DNA from: a virus
Length of the DNA: 64,000 nucleotides
IMG/VR virus record: IMGVR_UViG_3300018894_000001
Coordinates: 1 to 64,000 of that record
Strand: one strand, 5' to 3'
In this document: positions 1-8,983 of the stretch, in pieces
Layout of the letters: each line of letters starts with the position of its first letter
Position numbering within the stretch: the stretch's first letter is position 1
Notes under the pieces: model-generated
What the model was told of the DNA's origin: nothing
The model's input: the letters and a program-made list of their open reading frames with translations, nothing else
Databases searched by the model: none
Made by a program: the position numbers and the translations under genes

Positions 1-112
1 CGGCGGCCTCGTAGTTGGCGGCGGCGAGGTTGCCCCAGGCCTTCGAGTCGTTGGGGTTCTTCAGCACCGCGTCAGTCAGCTTCGCCATCTTCTTGTCGGA
101 GTTGCGCGCCAT
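1..112 (-). CDS. Small 54-aa helical protein, copy 1 (5' part only; 3' end lies left of the window)
   Basis: Positions 1-127 are identical to 18530-18656. ATG at 112 is preceded by GAAGGGA. Copy 2 is complete at 18477-18641. Confidence 0.5.
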   Translation of the reverse strand, partial: MARNSDKKMAKLTDAVLKNPNDSKAWGNLAAANYEAA

Positions 113-160
113 GTCGTGTCCCTTCGTGCCGGGCGGCACCATCGCCGCCCCATGAACAGA

Positions 161-201
161 GTTATACGCAGGTCTCCTGGTCGTGTCAACAGACCGCGCG
201 C
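161..201 (-). promoter_or_regulatory. Sigma-70-like promoter with extended upstream motif (leftward)
   Basis: Minus strand reads GCGCGCGGTCTGTTGACA, then 17 nt, then TATAAC, about 50 nt upstream of the ATG at 112. Confidence 0.55.
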
Positions 202-210
202 AGTGGAGAA

Positions 211-1167
211 TCAGCCAGGCCGCGACGTCGATGGTGCCTTGTCGCCGCCCGGCGGCTGGAGTCGCGGCGGGTGGCACGCGCCGATGTAGGCGGCCTCTGC
301 CGCACGAGCGGCGCGCGCTGCCGTCGTCCACTCCGCAGCCAGTCGCCGCCTGTCGTTGGCATCCGTTGACGCCTCGAAGCGGGACCATGCGATGACCTGA
401 GCGTGCGCGGCCTCGTCTCGACGGGATGCCAGCGCCGCGCAGTCGGCGGCCGAAGCGGACTGGCTCAGCGACAGGGCACACAGCAGCACCAGCGCCCAGC
501 CATGCCGCTTGAGGACGGCCGCCACATCCGGTGGACGCCAGCCGTCGGGCTTGAGCACCTTGCCGTCGGCCTGGATGCGAGCGCGCCCGTCGGGGCCGAC
601 CTTGCGCATGTTGGCCGCGTGCACTTCGGCGAACAGCGCGGTCAGAGGCAGACCGTGGGCCTCGGCCGTGCCGCTGAGTGTGTACTGCATGTCGCTCAAC
701 TCTTGGCCCATGGCCGGCAGGTCGGGCTTGGCTCCGACAACGCTGTGCACATCCAACAAATCGCCTGCGCCAATCAATCTGCAGCCGCTCGCCTGTATGA
801 ACTCCTTCAACTCCTCGAGCATCAGCCTACACCTGAGTGCGCGAGTGCTGGCGTCCTGCGTCGTGGGCGTGGCGCTGACGGCGGCGCCGGTCGCCGTGTG
901 GAACTCGCGCACCTTCGCCTGGTAGTCCAGCTGGTACATTCGTTCAACCACTGCGGCATGGTCTTCCCTGGCCTCGTGCGTCCGCTGGCGCGCCTCGGTT
1001 GTTTCCGCTTCCGCCTCCTCCACCACCTCCAGGAGTTCGGACACCCGGTCAGCCAAGTCGCGGCAGGTGGCGGCGTCCGTCACGCCGAAGACGCGCACCT
1101 TGCCGGCCAGTGCCTTCGTTTCCTCAATGAACAGCGACCTCTGGTTCTCCGTCATCGTCAGCGGCAT
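211..1167 (-). CDS. MazG-like nucleotide pyrophosphohydrolase domain protein with a C-terminal extension carrying a signal-peptide-like segment
   Basis: Central region (EELKEF...DLLDV...VHAANMRK...KPDGW) matches the MazG/HisE-like pattern. The C-terminal ~105 aa begins KRHGWALVLLCALSLSQSASA. Confidence 0.5.
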   Translation of the reverse strand: MPLTMTENQRSLFIEETKALAGKVRVFGVTDAATCRDLADRVSELLEVVEEAEAETTEARQRTHEAREDHAAVVERMYQLDYQAKVREFHTATGAAVSATPTTQDASTRALRCRLMLEELKEFIQASGCRLIGAGDLLDVHSVVGAKPDLPAMGQELSDMQYTLSGTAEAHGLPLTALFAEVHAANMRKVGPDGRARIQADGKVLKPDGWRPPDVAAVLKRHGWALVLLCALSLSQSASAADCAALASRRDEAAHAQVIAWSRFEASTDANDRRRLAAEWTTAARAARAAEAAYIGACHPPRLQPPGGDKAPSTSRPG

Positions 1168-1184
1168 GTCGTGTTCCTCCGGTG

Positions 1185-1484
1185 CTACGGGTCCAGTCCT
1201 TTGTCACAGCGCACGGGGTGGCCGTCCCGTTCGCAGTCCAGCACGTCCCGCGCCGGCCCGAGGTGCAGGACGCCACCTTGCGGGCAGTCGAAGCCCTGTG
1301 CCACCGGCTCGCACGGAGCCTTCGTTGCGAAGTCCTCCGGGCGCACGGGACGGCGCTCTTCGGCAGCGTCCAGCCCGTGGGTGAAGCCCAGGGCGTAGCC
1401 AGCACCTACCGCCGAGCAGAGGGCGCCGACCAGCGCCGCCACCATCAGGGCCAGCCGCGCATTTTCAATACGGGACGCCTTCAC
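1185..1484 (-). CDS. Small membrane-anchored Cys-containing protein
   Basis: N-terminal hydrophobic helix LALMVAALVGALCSAVGAGYALG. Tightly packed in the minus-strand operon. Confidence 0.45.
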   Translation of the reverse strand: MKASRIENARLALMVAALVGALCSAVGAGYALGFTHGLDAAEERRPVRPEDFATKAPCEPVAQGFDCPQGGVLHLGPARDVLDCERDGHPVRCDKGLDP

Positions 1485-1510
1485 GGAGTCCTCCCTTCAC
1501 CACGGTGGTA

Positions 1511-1840
1511 TCAGCCATGACGTCGGACCTCCAGGGTGTCGAACGGATGCACGCCCAGTCGCCGCCGGTCGTCAATGAACGTCCGAAGGGACGCCTGTAC
1601 CTCGGCCATGACGAGCGGCGTAGCGTGGCGTCGCAGGTATGGGCCCGCCCACTCATCCATGCTCGCCAATACGGTGGACTCGATTCTGGATAGCGCGGAG
1701 TCCGCAAACTCCGGCCTGAGACCTACGGACGGGCGGAAGTCAAATCGCATCTCATGCAGCAGGCGGCGCATGTTGATGCTGATGCGCACATGCGAGGTCC
1801 CGGCGTCTACCTCGTAGAGAAATGCGCTGGTCTCAGCCAT
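1511..1840 (-). CDS. Hypothetical protein
   Basis: ORF trimmed to the ATG at 1840, which overlaps the stop of the upstream PP2C gene. Non-repetitive composition. Confidence 0.5.
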   Translation of the reverse strand: MAETSAFLYEVDAGTSHVRISINMRRLLHEMRFDFRPSVGLRPEFADSALSRIESTVLASMDEWAGPYLRRHATPLVMAEVQASLRTFIDDRRRLGVHPFDTLEVRRHG

Positions 1841-2576
1841 GGGGCACCCGCACAACCAGCGCCGTGGCATTGTCCGTGCCGCCGCGCTCAATGGCGCGGC
1901 AGGTGAGTTCCTCGGCCATCCACCGGGCCGAAAGCGTGGCAACTGGCCCGACATGCGCGTCCATGAGCACCTGACCCACTCCCTGGCTGCCCAGGACGCC
2001 CCACACGCCTTCTGTCACGAGCGCGAAGACGTCGCCTGGGTGCGCGTCCGTCTCGTGGTACTCGGGCGTTGCGCTGTCGCCGCCGCTGAGGTCCCCCAGG
2101 CGGCGCAGCAGCATGCCCCCTGCGTCGCGGTGGTCGCGCACCAGCAACGAGGGCCGCCACTTCGTCACGGTCCCCTCAACGCCCTCAAGCCGGAGGCGGT
2201 ACACGCGGACGTCGCCGCACCACGCCGTCAGCGCCCGGTTGCCGCGCAGGAGCAGAGCCGCCAGGGACGCCTGACAGGGGAGGTCCCGCGCGGACTGCTC
2301 GCGCAGCACGGCCAGCGAGGCCATGTGCATCCCATGCCGCAAGGCCTCCCCCGCGTCCATGCCCCGCCTGTCGCGCGCCACGTCCAGCACCTGCTGCACC
2401 GCCTCCACCGCGGCGTACTGGCCGCCCTGGCGCTGGCCGAGCCCGTCCGCCACGACGAAGCACCCCGTGGCCGCTTCGTACCCGTGCGCGTCCTCCATGC
2501 GCGGCTGGGCGCCCTGCTCTCCGTGCCCGTGCACGTCCAGCTTCATCTCCGTCGTCACCTTGCGCTTCGCTGTCAT
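1833..2576 (-). CDS. PP2C-family Ser/Thr protein phosphatase
   Basis: Motifs RMEDAH, VADGLGQ, GDVRVY and GGTDNATALVV. The start forms an ATGA overlap with the upstream gene. Confidence 0.8.
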   Translation of the reverse strand: MTAKRKVTTEMKLDVHGHGEQGAQPRMEDAHGYEAATGCFVVADGLGQRQGGQYAAVEAVQQVLDVARDRRGMDAGEALRHGMHMASLAVLREQSARDLPCQASLAALLLRGNRALTAWCGDVRVYRLRLEGVEGTVTKWRPSLLVRDHRDAGGMLLRRLGDLSGGDSATPEYHETDAHPGDVFALVTEGVWGVLGSQGVGQVLMDAHVGPVATLSARWMAEELTCRAIERGGTDNATALVVRVPHG

Positions 2577-3049
2577 GGCTGCCTCCACTTCTTCTCTTCA
2601 AGCATCCGCGCCATGGCTTCGAGCTCTCGCGCGGCGTCACGCTGTTCCGTTTCGTTCAGCCTGCACACCCATACGGTGGACAGGTCGTTGACCTTCTGCG
2701 CCGCATCGCCACACCGGGCGAAACGTCGTTCAAGCGTGGCCGCTTCAGCAGCGGCAGCCCGTAGCGCACCGGCGATGTCCCTGCCGATGGTCGGTGCGTC
2801 CTCGCGCGGCACCGGCAGCGGGCCGCGTCCCATACCAGCAAGTCGATCCAGGACACGGCGGGCATGCGCCCGGCTGAATGCCGCAAGCACCATGAGCCGT
2901 GCCCGGCACCTAGCGTCGCCGACTGCTTCGGCCAATGCGAGGTGACACCGGCCCGCGTACACACTCGCCTCCCACAGCACGGCGAGCTGCGCGGCGAGCG
3001 GGCCATGTCTCGGGCTCTGGCGGCGCTGCGCGTCCTCGGGGCTAATCAC
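2573..3049 (-). CDS. Hypothetical protein
   Basis: ORF in the operon frame with overlapping start and stop codons on both sides. Confidence 0.5.
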   Translation of the reverse strand: MISPEDAQRRQSPRHGPLAAQLAVLWEASVYAGRCHLALAEAVGDARCRARLMVLAAFSRAHARRVLDRLAGMGRGPLPVPREDAPTIGRDIAGALRAAAAEAATLERRFARCGDAAQKVNDLSTVWVCRLNETEQRDAARELEAMARMLEEKKWRQP

Positions 3050-4094
3050 CTGGCACCTCGCGCACGCGGACGTACTCTGGCCACTCGCCTATGTCGCCGC
3101 CCTTCGGGTCGGCCAGGTCCATCGGCACGTCATCAACGCGCGGCGCCATCGACACTCCTCGGATGGTGCGCGTATCGACGGGCTGGGCCCCGAGCTGCTT
3201 CACGAAGCACTTCACGCCAGCTTCGGCGCACTGCTTCACGATGTCGCGGACCCACGCGACGTTGAGCGGGCGAGCCTTGCTGCCCGACTCGCCGCCGACA
3301 ATCACCCACGAGATTGGCCACTCCCACCGCCCGCCCTCGTTTGGGATGCGAGGGTCCGGATGCTGGAGATGATCGCCGCCGTTCGTGTGAAGCACAGGCT
3401 TGAGCCACCGAGACAGGTCCACCGGCCCCACCAGAGGCTCAACGGACAGGAAGCGGCGCCGGAAGCCCTTCGCCGCGAGCAGGCGAGGGGCCCACTCGTC
3501 CGCCGTCTTCTGGTCGCTGACGGACGTGCCCAACCACACCAGCGGCCGGACGTCCTCGGGCGCCAGGGCCCAGTTCTCCGGGCGCTTCGTGAGGAGGAGC
3601 CAGTCCAGGCCGGGCGCCTGGGGCATCGCGAGCGTGCCGCCCTCGCGCTCCAGGTCGTCGTCCGGCAGCGACACTGGCATGCGCGTCGTTTGTCGAATGG
3701 TGTCCCAGAGCCGCGCGCGGGCTGCGTCGAGCGCCCGCCGCGCTACGAGAACAAGCTCCCAGCGCAGCTCTTCCTCCAGCGAGCCCCCGGACTCCGGTGG
3801 TGCGTGTGGCACTTCCAGTACGTCAGCCAGCGAGGCGCAGAACACGCGCCGCCGCTCTCCCGCGCGGGCCGCCTCTCTGGCCCACTTCAGCGGCTCCTTC
3901 CACCCGCTGTCCGCCTTCACGACACGCTGGCCGCCCTGCCACACCTCGCCCCACTGGATCTTTCCGCCAGGGCGCATGGCTACTGGGAGGGCGTGCTCGG
4001 CGTAGCACGAGGTACAGCCCGTATGGACCTTGGAACAACCCATCCAGGGGTTGAACGTGTGGTGCGCCCATTGAATCTTCGTCTGCTCTCCCAT
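3042..4094 (-). CDS. Phage Gp37/Gp68-family protein (DUF5131-like)
   Basis: N-terminus IQWAHHTFNPWMGCSKVHTGCTSCYAE, plus WLLLTKRP and VIVGGESG signatures typical of this family. Confidence 0.8.
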   Translation of the reverse strand: MGEQTKIQWAHHTFNPWMGCSKVHTGCTSCYAEHALPVAMRPGGKIQWGEVWQGGQRVVKADSGWKEPLKWAREAARAGERRRVFCASLADVLEVPHAPPESGGSLEEELRWELVLVARRALDAARARLWDTIRQTTRMPVSLPDDDLEREGGTLAMPQAPGLDWLLLTKRPENWALAPEDVRPLVWLGTSVSDQKTADEWAPRLLAAKGFRRRFLSVEPLVGPVDLSRWLKPVLHTNGGDHLQHPDPRIPNEGGRWEWPISWVIVGGESGSKARPLNVAWVRDIVKQCAEAGVKCFVKQLGAQPVDTRTIRGVSMAPRVDDVPMDLADPKGGDIGEWPEYVRVREVPGD

Positions 4095-4118
4095 GTCCGC
4101 GTCCCTTCGTCCTGCGTG

Positions 4119-4508
4119 TCAGTGAATTTCAGAGGAGGGCCACAGCACGAGGCGCGGCGAGTCCTCCCCGAGGAGCAGCAACTGCGACACGTCGTCGAGT
4201 TCTTCGAGCTGTAGCCCGACCAGATTGGAGCCGTCGAAGCCGCACACCAGCATGGGCCCCCACACCTCAAGCGGCTGCCCCTGGCGCCCGTCGCGGTCCA
4301 CGTGGCCCAGGGTAACGTTGCGGCGGCGGCCGCGCTCCTGGGCGTCTTCGTCCACCGCCACGACAAGCCCCGGGCCCCAGGGGAGCCAGTCCACGCGCGC
4401 TGCGCCGAGCAGGCGCTGCACCTCGTCCGCGAGCGACTCGGGCTCCACGAGCGCGCGGCTCGGGCTCTTGCCCGGCGACTTCTCCAGCAGCAGCAGGGGC
4501 CGGCTCAT
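4119..4508 (-). CDS. Hypothetical protein
   Basis: Trimmed to ATG 4508 (ATGA overlap with the HNH gene stop). Confidence 0.5.
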   Translation of the reverse strand: MSRPLLLLEKSPGKSPSRALVEPESLADEVQRLLGAARVDWLPWGPGLVVAVDEDAQERGRRRNVTLGHVDRDGRQGQPLEVWGPMLVCGFDGSNLVGLQLEELDDVSQLLLLGEDSPRLVLWPSSEIH

Positions 4509-4801
4509 GGACGCCTCCCGGCGGCGCGCTGCGCACCGCCCGTCTCGCTGTTGCAGCGCTCGCAGGCCGGGCGGATGTTGTGCCGGACGTAGCGCCCGCC
4601 CTGGCAACCGGGCGTGACACGGTCCACGGTGACGGTGGTTGCGTCGAGCAGGCGCCCGCACCGGTAGCAGCGGCACGTCCCCGGGCCCTTGTTGGACTCG
4701 TAGGCCTTCACGAGGTACGCCCTGCGGCGGGCGCGGTCTGCGCTGTTGCCGCGGGCGTTGCGGTTGGTGGTGCCGCGAGCGGGGCGACTCACGGGTGGCA
4801 C
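4505..4801 (-). CDS. HNH endonuclease (small)
   Basis: CxxC ... DRVTPG..GG.Y...NIRPAC.RCN pattern. Confidence 0.7.
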   Translation of the reverse strand: MPPVSRPARGTTNRNARGNSADRARRRAYLVKAYESNKGPGTCRCYRCGRLLDATTVTVDRVTPGCQGGRYVRHNIRPACERCNSETGGAQRAAGRRP

Positions 4802-4924
4802 CTCGCCTCCACAGTCGTGATCGCTTCGGCTTTCATCAGGCCCTCGGGTAGCAGTCGCACCCGGGAGAGGTTCACGCGGTCCATGTTCGTCCCTTCTGGC
4901 GCCAGCGGAGGCACCTGGGATGAA

Positions 4925-4942
4925 TGTAAACAGACCGCGCGC
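4925..4942 (-). promoter_or_regulatory. Copy of the conserved GCGCGCGGTCTGTTTACA motif (leftward)
   Basis: Minus strand reads GCGCGCGGTCTGTTTACA. No clear -10 element. The downstream leader AGAAGGGACGAACATG resembles the leader of the 54-aa ORF. Confidence 0.35.
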
Positions 4943-4948
4943 ACCCAG

Positions 4949-5521
4949 TCAAGTTCGCTTGCGGAGTTTCGGCTCCTTGCCCCGGGCCCACGTCAAGTCG
5001 CCGTTGGCATATCCGTACGCCAACATCTGCACGCCCTGATATCTGGAGTCATCAGTGCGTGCTCCGACCTGGACGCCGAGCATCGCCACCCTGTCCGCAA
5101 CCGTGCGCTCGACGCGGGCGCCAATGTCTACGTCAACCACGTGGCCTAGCGCGTACGCGACGATGCGGTCGCGCTTCCACTTGAGATCACCGCGCGCGTA
5201 ATGCTCAAGCAGTGCCTGGACGCCTCGGTACCTGGACCGGCCTTTTCGTGCGCCCACCTGGACACCAAGGGCCTCTATCTTTGTAGCAACCGTCTGCCCT
5301 ACGCGAGTGCTCACGTACACAACGTCATCACGCTTACGTCCGTGCCTCCCAAGCAGTGGTGTCAGAAGGTCCGGCTTGTAGTCTCGGCGTTTGAGTTGCA
5401 TCAGGTGGCCGGTGCACAGCGCCTTGCCACGCATGGGCTTGTCGCAGGGCGTGGCCTCGCCCCAGTTCGTAGAGCGCTTGTGTGCCTCGCACGTCGGCTT
5501 TGTCGTCACGTTCGTCTCCAT
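4949..5521 (-). CDS. Hypothetical protein with an N-terminal Cys/His cluster and an internally duplicated ~45-aa domain
   Basis: The repeats VATKIEALGVQVGARKGRSRYRGVQALLEHYARGDLKW and VADRVAMLGVQVGARTDDSRYQGVQMLAYGYANGDLTW are visible in the translation. Confidence 0.5.
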   Translation of the reverse strand: METNVTTKPTCEAHKRSTNWGEATPCDKPMRGKALCTGHLMQLKRRDYKPDLLTPLLGRHGRKRDDVVYVSTRVGQTVATKIEALGVQVGARKGRSRYRGVQALLEHYARGDLKWKRDRIVAYALGHVVDVDIGARVERTVADRVAMLGVQVGARTDDSRYQGVQMLAYGYANGDLTWARGKEPKLRKRT

Positions 5522-5564
5522 GGGTGCATGGTAGTGGGCGCGCGGCGGGTCCGCACGTTTCCGG

Positions 5565-7196
5565 CTATTGGAGCACGACTCCGCCAGCGGTCTTCGGAGC
5601 CTCTTCCGTGTCGCTGGGCTCCTCGGCCGCGTCGCTCGGCGGAGAGTCCGAGGCCTTCTGCTGTTGCTCCGCCGCAGCACGGCGGACCGGTGGCGGCACG
5701 TACGCCGTGCACGCGCACGTCTCACCTGGGCGTCCGTCGAACTCAACGCGGATGCTGGCCATGCACTGGCCGCTAGAGCCGGAGTGGTCCGCCTCCGAGT
5801 GGCCGCACCTGGCGCGCTGGCAGCGGTGCTTCACCGGGGCCTGCACCGTCATGTCGCTGGTGGCGTCGGGCGTGGCCTTCCGGCGCTGCTCCTCAGGCTC
5901 CAGGTCCAGCACCTGGGTAGTCGTCACGGACAGGGAAAGCTCCGACGCGGGTGGTGGGCGCTTCTTCCGGGCTCGAGGCGCTGGCTCCTCATCGTCTTCT
6001 TCTTCGGTGGGCGCCTCGACGCGCGGGCGAGAGTGGAACGGCGCGCTGCTGTCGTCCTCGGCGTAGACGCGGTACGACTGGTCGGCTAGGTCCATGGCCC
6101 GCGAGTCCACGACCTCGTAAGTGTCCGTGCGGACGCGCCACACCGCGCGCAGCGGGTACACCACCACCTCCAGCGTCCGAACGTCGCGAAACTCCTTCCG
6201 GGACTGGATTTCAGCAACGAGCTTCGCGCGGCGCACGTCCACCTCTTCGCGCTTGCGCTTCATCTGGTCCTTGAAGGCCTTCTCCTCCAGGTCCAGCTCG
6301 CCCTCCTCCTCGTAGGTGGCCGTGAGCAGGTCGTCTTTCCGGAGCCGTGCCTCGTGCGTCAGCGGCACCGGCAGCGATTCAACCGCCTCGGAAATCTTGC
6401 CGCCCTCCCCGAAGATGTGAGCCGTCTGCATCCAGCGCCGGAGCAGGTCCCCCTTTCGCTCCTCTGACGGCACGTCGGCGATGCGGGGGCGCTCCTCGGC
6501 AGCCCGTGGCGGTGGCTGGTCGGCCGCACCCTGGGATTCAGCGGTGAGCGCCTCCAGCGCGAGCCCCAGTGCTTCCTCGACATGGTCGTGATCATCCGCG
6601 GGGGCCGTGTCGGGGCTGCCGCATCGGCACGTGTCAGCGTCAGCAAGCAGCATTCCACCTTCGGCATCGAATCGATAGGGGCCGTGCGAGACGATGCTGC
6701 CCAGGCTTGCCACCTCCAAAGCCAGCGTGGCCCCTTCCGGGGAAATGCTCTCCACGTGGACCGTCCAGACCATCAGCGGCCCCTCGGAGACGTCCAGCGC
6801 GTACTCGCCGACCTCGAGCTGCTCGAAGGCCGGCAGCAGCATCCGGAACTCGGGGGCCTTCTCCCCTTGCCCAGGTTCTGCGAGCGGCGCCTGCGGTAGC
6901 CCCTGACCCTTCAACGCGGCGCAGGCGTACGCCTCCAGAGCCTCCAGGACGACCTGCGGCACCTCCTTGTAACTCCCGTCCGCCGCCTGGCTGGCGGCCA
7001 ACACCAGCGACTTGGCGCGCAACGTATCCGCGGCCACGAGCGTCTCGCCCTTCCGCATGTGCCACGGGCCCCAGTTCTTCCCCGTGCTCTCCTGCTCCAG
7101 CCGCACTCCTCCCTTGTCGTCCAGCGCCCCGCGCCAGTCCGCCAGTACTCCTTCGCCGAGCTTCGTCCACTGCAACGACGCCTTCGTCTTCGTCAT
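5565..7196 (-). CDS. Large acidic hypothetical protein with a C-terminal Cys/His cluster
   Basis: Trimmed to ATG 7196 (MTKTKASLQW). Protein-like composition across 543 aa. Confidence 0.55.
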   Translation of the reverse strand: MTKTKASLQWTKLGEGVLADWRGALDDKGGVRLEQESTGKNWGPWHMRKGETLVAADTLRAKSLVLAASQAADGSYKEVPQVVLEALEAYACAALKGQGLPQAPLAEPGQGEKAPEFRMLLPAFEQLEVGEYALDVSEGPLMVWTVHVESISPEGATLALEVASLGSIVSHGPYRFDAEGGMLLADADTCRCGSPDTAPADDHDHVEEALGLALEALTAESQGAADQPPPRAAEERPRIADVPSEERKGDLLRRWMQTAHIFGEGGKISEAVESLPVPLTHEARLRKDDLLTATYEEEGELDLEEKAFKDQMKRKREEVDVRRAKLVAEIQSRKEFRDVRTLEVVVYPLRAVWRVRTDTYEVVDSRAMDLADQSYRVYAEDDSSAPFHSRPRVEAPTEEEDDEEPAPRARKKRPPPASELSLSVTTTQVLDLEPEEQRRKATPDATSDMTVQAPVKHRCQRARCGHSEADHSGSSGQCMASIRVEFDGRPGETCACTAYVPPPVRRAAAEQQQKASDSPPSDAAEEPSDTEEAPKTAGGVVLQ

Positions 7197-7397
7197 GGTG
7201 CGTCCCTCCGGAAAGACACGGAGCCCGGCGGCAGGGGGAACGCCGTCCAGGCTCCGCGGGCGCGGTGCTGCTGGCGCCGTGTGAAAGACCCCGCCCATGC
7301 AGGCACGGGGCGCCACCTCCCACGAGGTGGCAGGCGGCGAGCGGTGGTGCTGGTGGAAGCCAGCCCGGCGAATGCCGGCGCCCGCACGCCCACAGGT

Positions 7398-7739
7398 TCA
7401 ACCCTCCTGCCCGTCAGCCCACGCGTTCTCTGAAGAGACATCGGCCCACAGCGCGTGCAGCGCTGATGGGTCGTCGGTGTTCAGCGCCGCCACCTCCTCC
7501 GACGTGGGGCGGCGAGCCGTGACGTTGACGGCGTTGACGTCGCAGTCGTCCGGGTAGCTGGGGCGAAACGTCAGGTCGAAGTCCAGGACAGAGAGCCCCT
7601 GCGGAAGCCCGTCGAAGCCGTCGATGTGGTCGAGCTTTCCGACCTCCTGCTGCTCGTGCTCGACCCAGTAACCCTTCACGACCATCCAGAGCCAGTCTTC
7701 GCTGACGGACACGGCGACCATCGCGCGATTCGTCGCCAT
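7398..7739 (-). CDS. Hypothetical protein
   Basis: Acidic 113-aa ORF immediately downstream of the ATPase gene. Confidence 0.5.
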   Translation of the reverse strand: MATNRAMVAVSVSEDWLWMVVKGYWVEHEQQEVGKLDHIDGFDGLPQGLSVLDFDLTFRPSYPDDCDVNAVNVTARRPTSEEVAALNTDDPSALHALWADVSSENAWADGQEG

Positions 7740-7741
7740 GG

Positions 7742-8971
7742 TCAGCCCTCGCTCCCCGGCTCGCGCGTCGTCTGCTGGGCCTGCTTCGCGCGTTCGCGGC
7801 GACTCACCTCCGCCTCAACGTCGGCCATGCAACGCGTCAGCGCGGTGAACCAGGGCTGCTTCGGAGCCCCTGGGGACTGCGCATGCTCCGCGCCCTGGTC
7901 GTGGACGGCCGAGAGTTCATGGTCGCTCAGAGAGGAGATTTCCCGACCCTTGAGCTTGCCGAAGGTGACCTCCGGCTCGCGAAGTGGCGTGGCCATCTTC
8001 TCCATCAGCCACTTCGCCAGCGCCGTCTGCGTTGCGCGCAATTGGGGGGCGTTGTGCACCGGCTTGTCGCTGCCCAACTCTGCCCTCATTGCGTCCACGC
8101 ACTCGCGGACCTGCTCAACGGTGGCCTCGCCCAGGCGCAGCCCGCTCCACTTCCCGTAGCCGATGAAATCGCCACCGTTCGCCACCAGCGCCGAGGCATG
8201 GTCGGCAGGTATCGGCGCGCTGTAGCCGAGAGCGCTATGGGGACCGGCTGGGCGCGCCTCCCGTGTCGCCTGAACGGGCTGCACTGCTCCATCGGTCAGC
8301 CACGCCCGGAGCGTCTCCCCGAGCTTCTCCCCTGGCTCCGCTATGACGGCTTTGGCGAGTTCAGGGCAACGCGTCTTGGTGACGACCAACTCGGCGCCGT
8401 CGAGGTCGGCGACGACATCAAACTCGTACTCCAGCCCGTCGCGCTGGACTGGCGCAAGCCCCACCTTCCTCGGCGTCTTCTTGCCGTTGACCTCTTCAAC
8501 CACGTACTCGGTCTTCACGCGCAGCGTCACGATGACGTGAAGCCGGGCCCGAAGGATGGCGTCCACCATGGCGTTGTGCTCCGGCGTCACCGAACGCCAC
8601 GCGTCGAAGCTGTTCCTGGACTTCGACTGCTTCGCCGCTGCATCCACCATTTCGAGCGCACCACCCTTGCCCATCCATGCGTGCGACAGGCTGTCGATGA
8701 TGAGGACGTCGTATCCCGCTGCCTCCGCCTCCTGAATCACGCGGATGTAATCGCGTGGGGAGAACGTCTCCAGGTTGTCTGCGTCGAAGTCGAAGCGGTC
8801 CGCGTACTTGCTGGCGCTGCCTCGCTCCGAGTCGGCCAGGGCGATGCGCCCTGTCGCGCCCGCGAGTCCTCGAGCTATGCGCAGCGCGGAGAACGTCTTG
8901 CCGCTGCCAGACGGGCCAATGAGCGCGACACGCGCCCGCGCTGCTCTCTTGGTGGCTTTCTGAAACGCCAT
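7742..8971 (-). CDS. Sak4-like / AAA_24-type phage recombination ATPase with a C-terminal extension
   Basis: Walker A motif GPSGSGKT and Walker B-like VLIIDSLSHAW. N-terminal ~230 aa fit the phage nucleotide-binding protein pattern. Confidence 0.8.
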   Translation of the reverse strand: MAFQKATKRAARARVALIGPSGSGKTFSALRIARGLAGATGRIALADSERGSASKYADRFDFDADNLETFSPRDYIRVIQEAEAAGYDVLIIDSLSHAWMGKGGALEMVDAAAKQSKSRNSFDAWRSVTPEHNAMVDAILRARLHVIVTLRVKTEYVVEEVNGKKTPRKVGLAPVQRDGLEYEFDVVADLDGAELVVTKTRCPELAKAVIAEPGEKLGETLRAWLTDGAVQPVQATREARPAGPHSALGYSAPIPADHASALVANGGDFIGYGKWSGLRLGEATVEQVRECVDAMRAELGSDKPVHNAPQLRATQTALAKWLMEKMATPLREPEVTFGKLKGREISSLSDHELSAVHDQGAEHAQSPGAPKQPWFTALTRCMADVEAEVSRRERAKQAQQTTREPGSEG

Positions 8972-8983
8972 GTGCTGTCCCCT

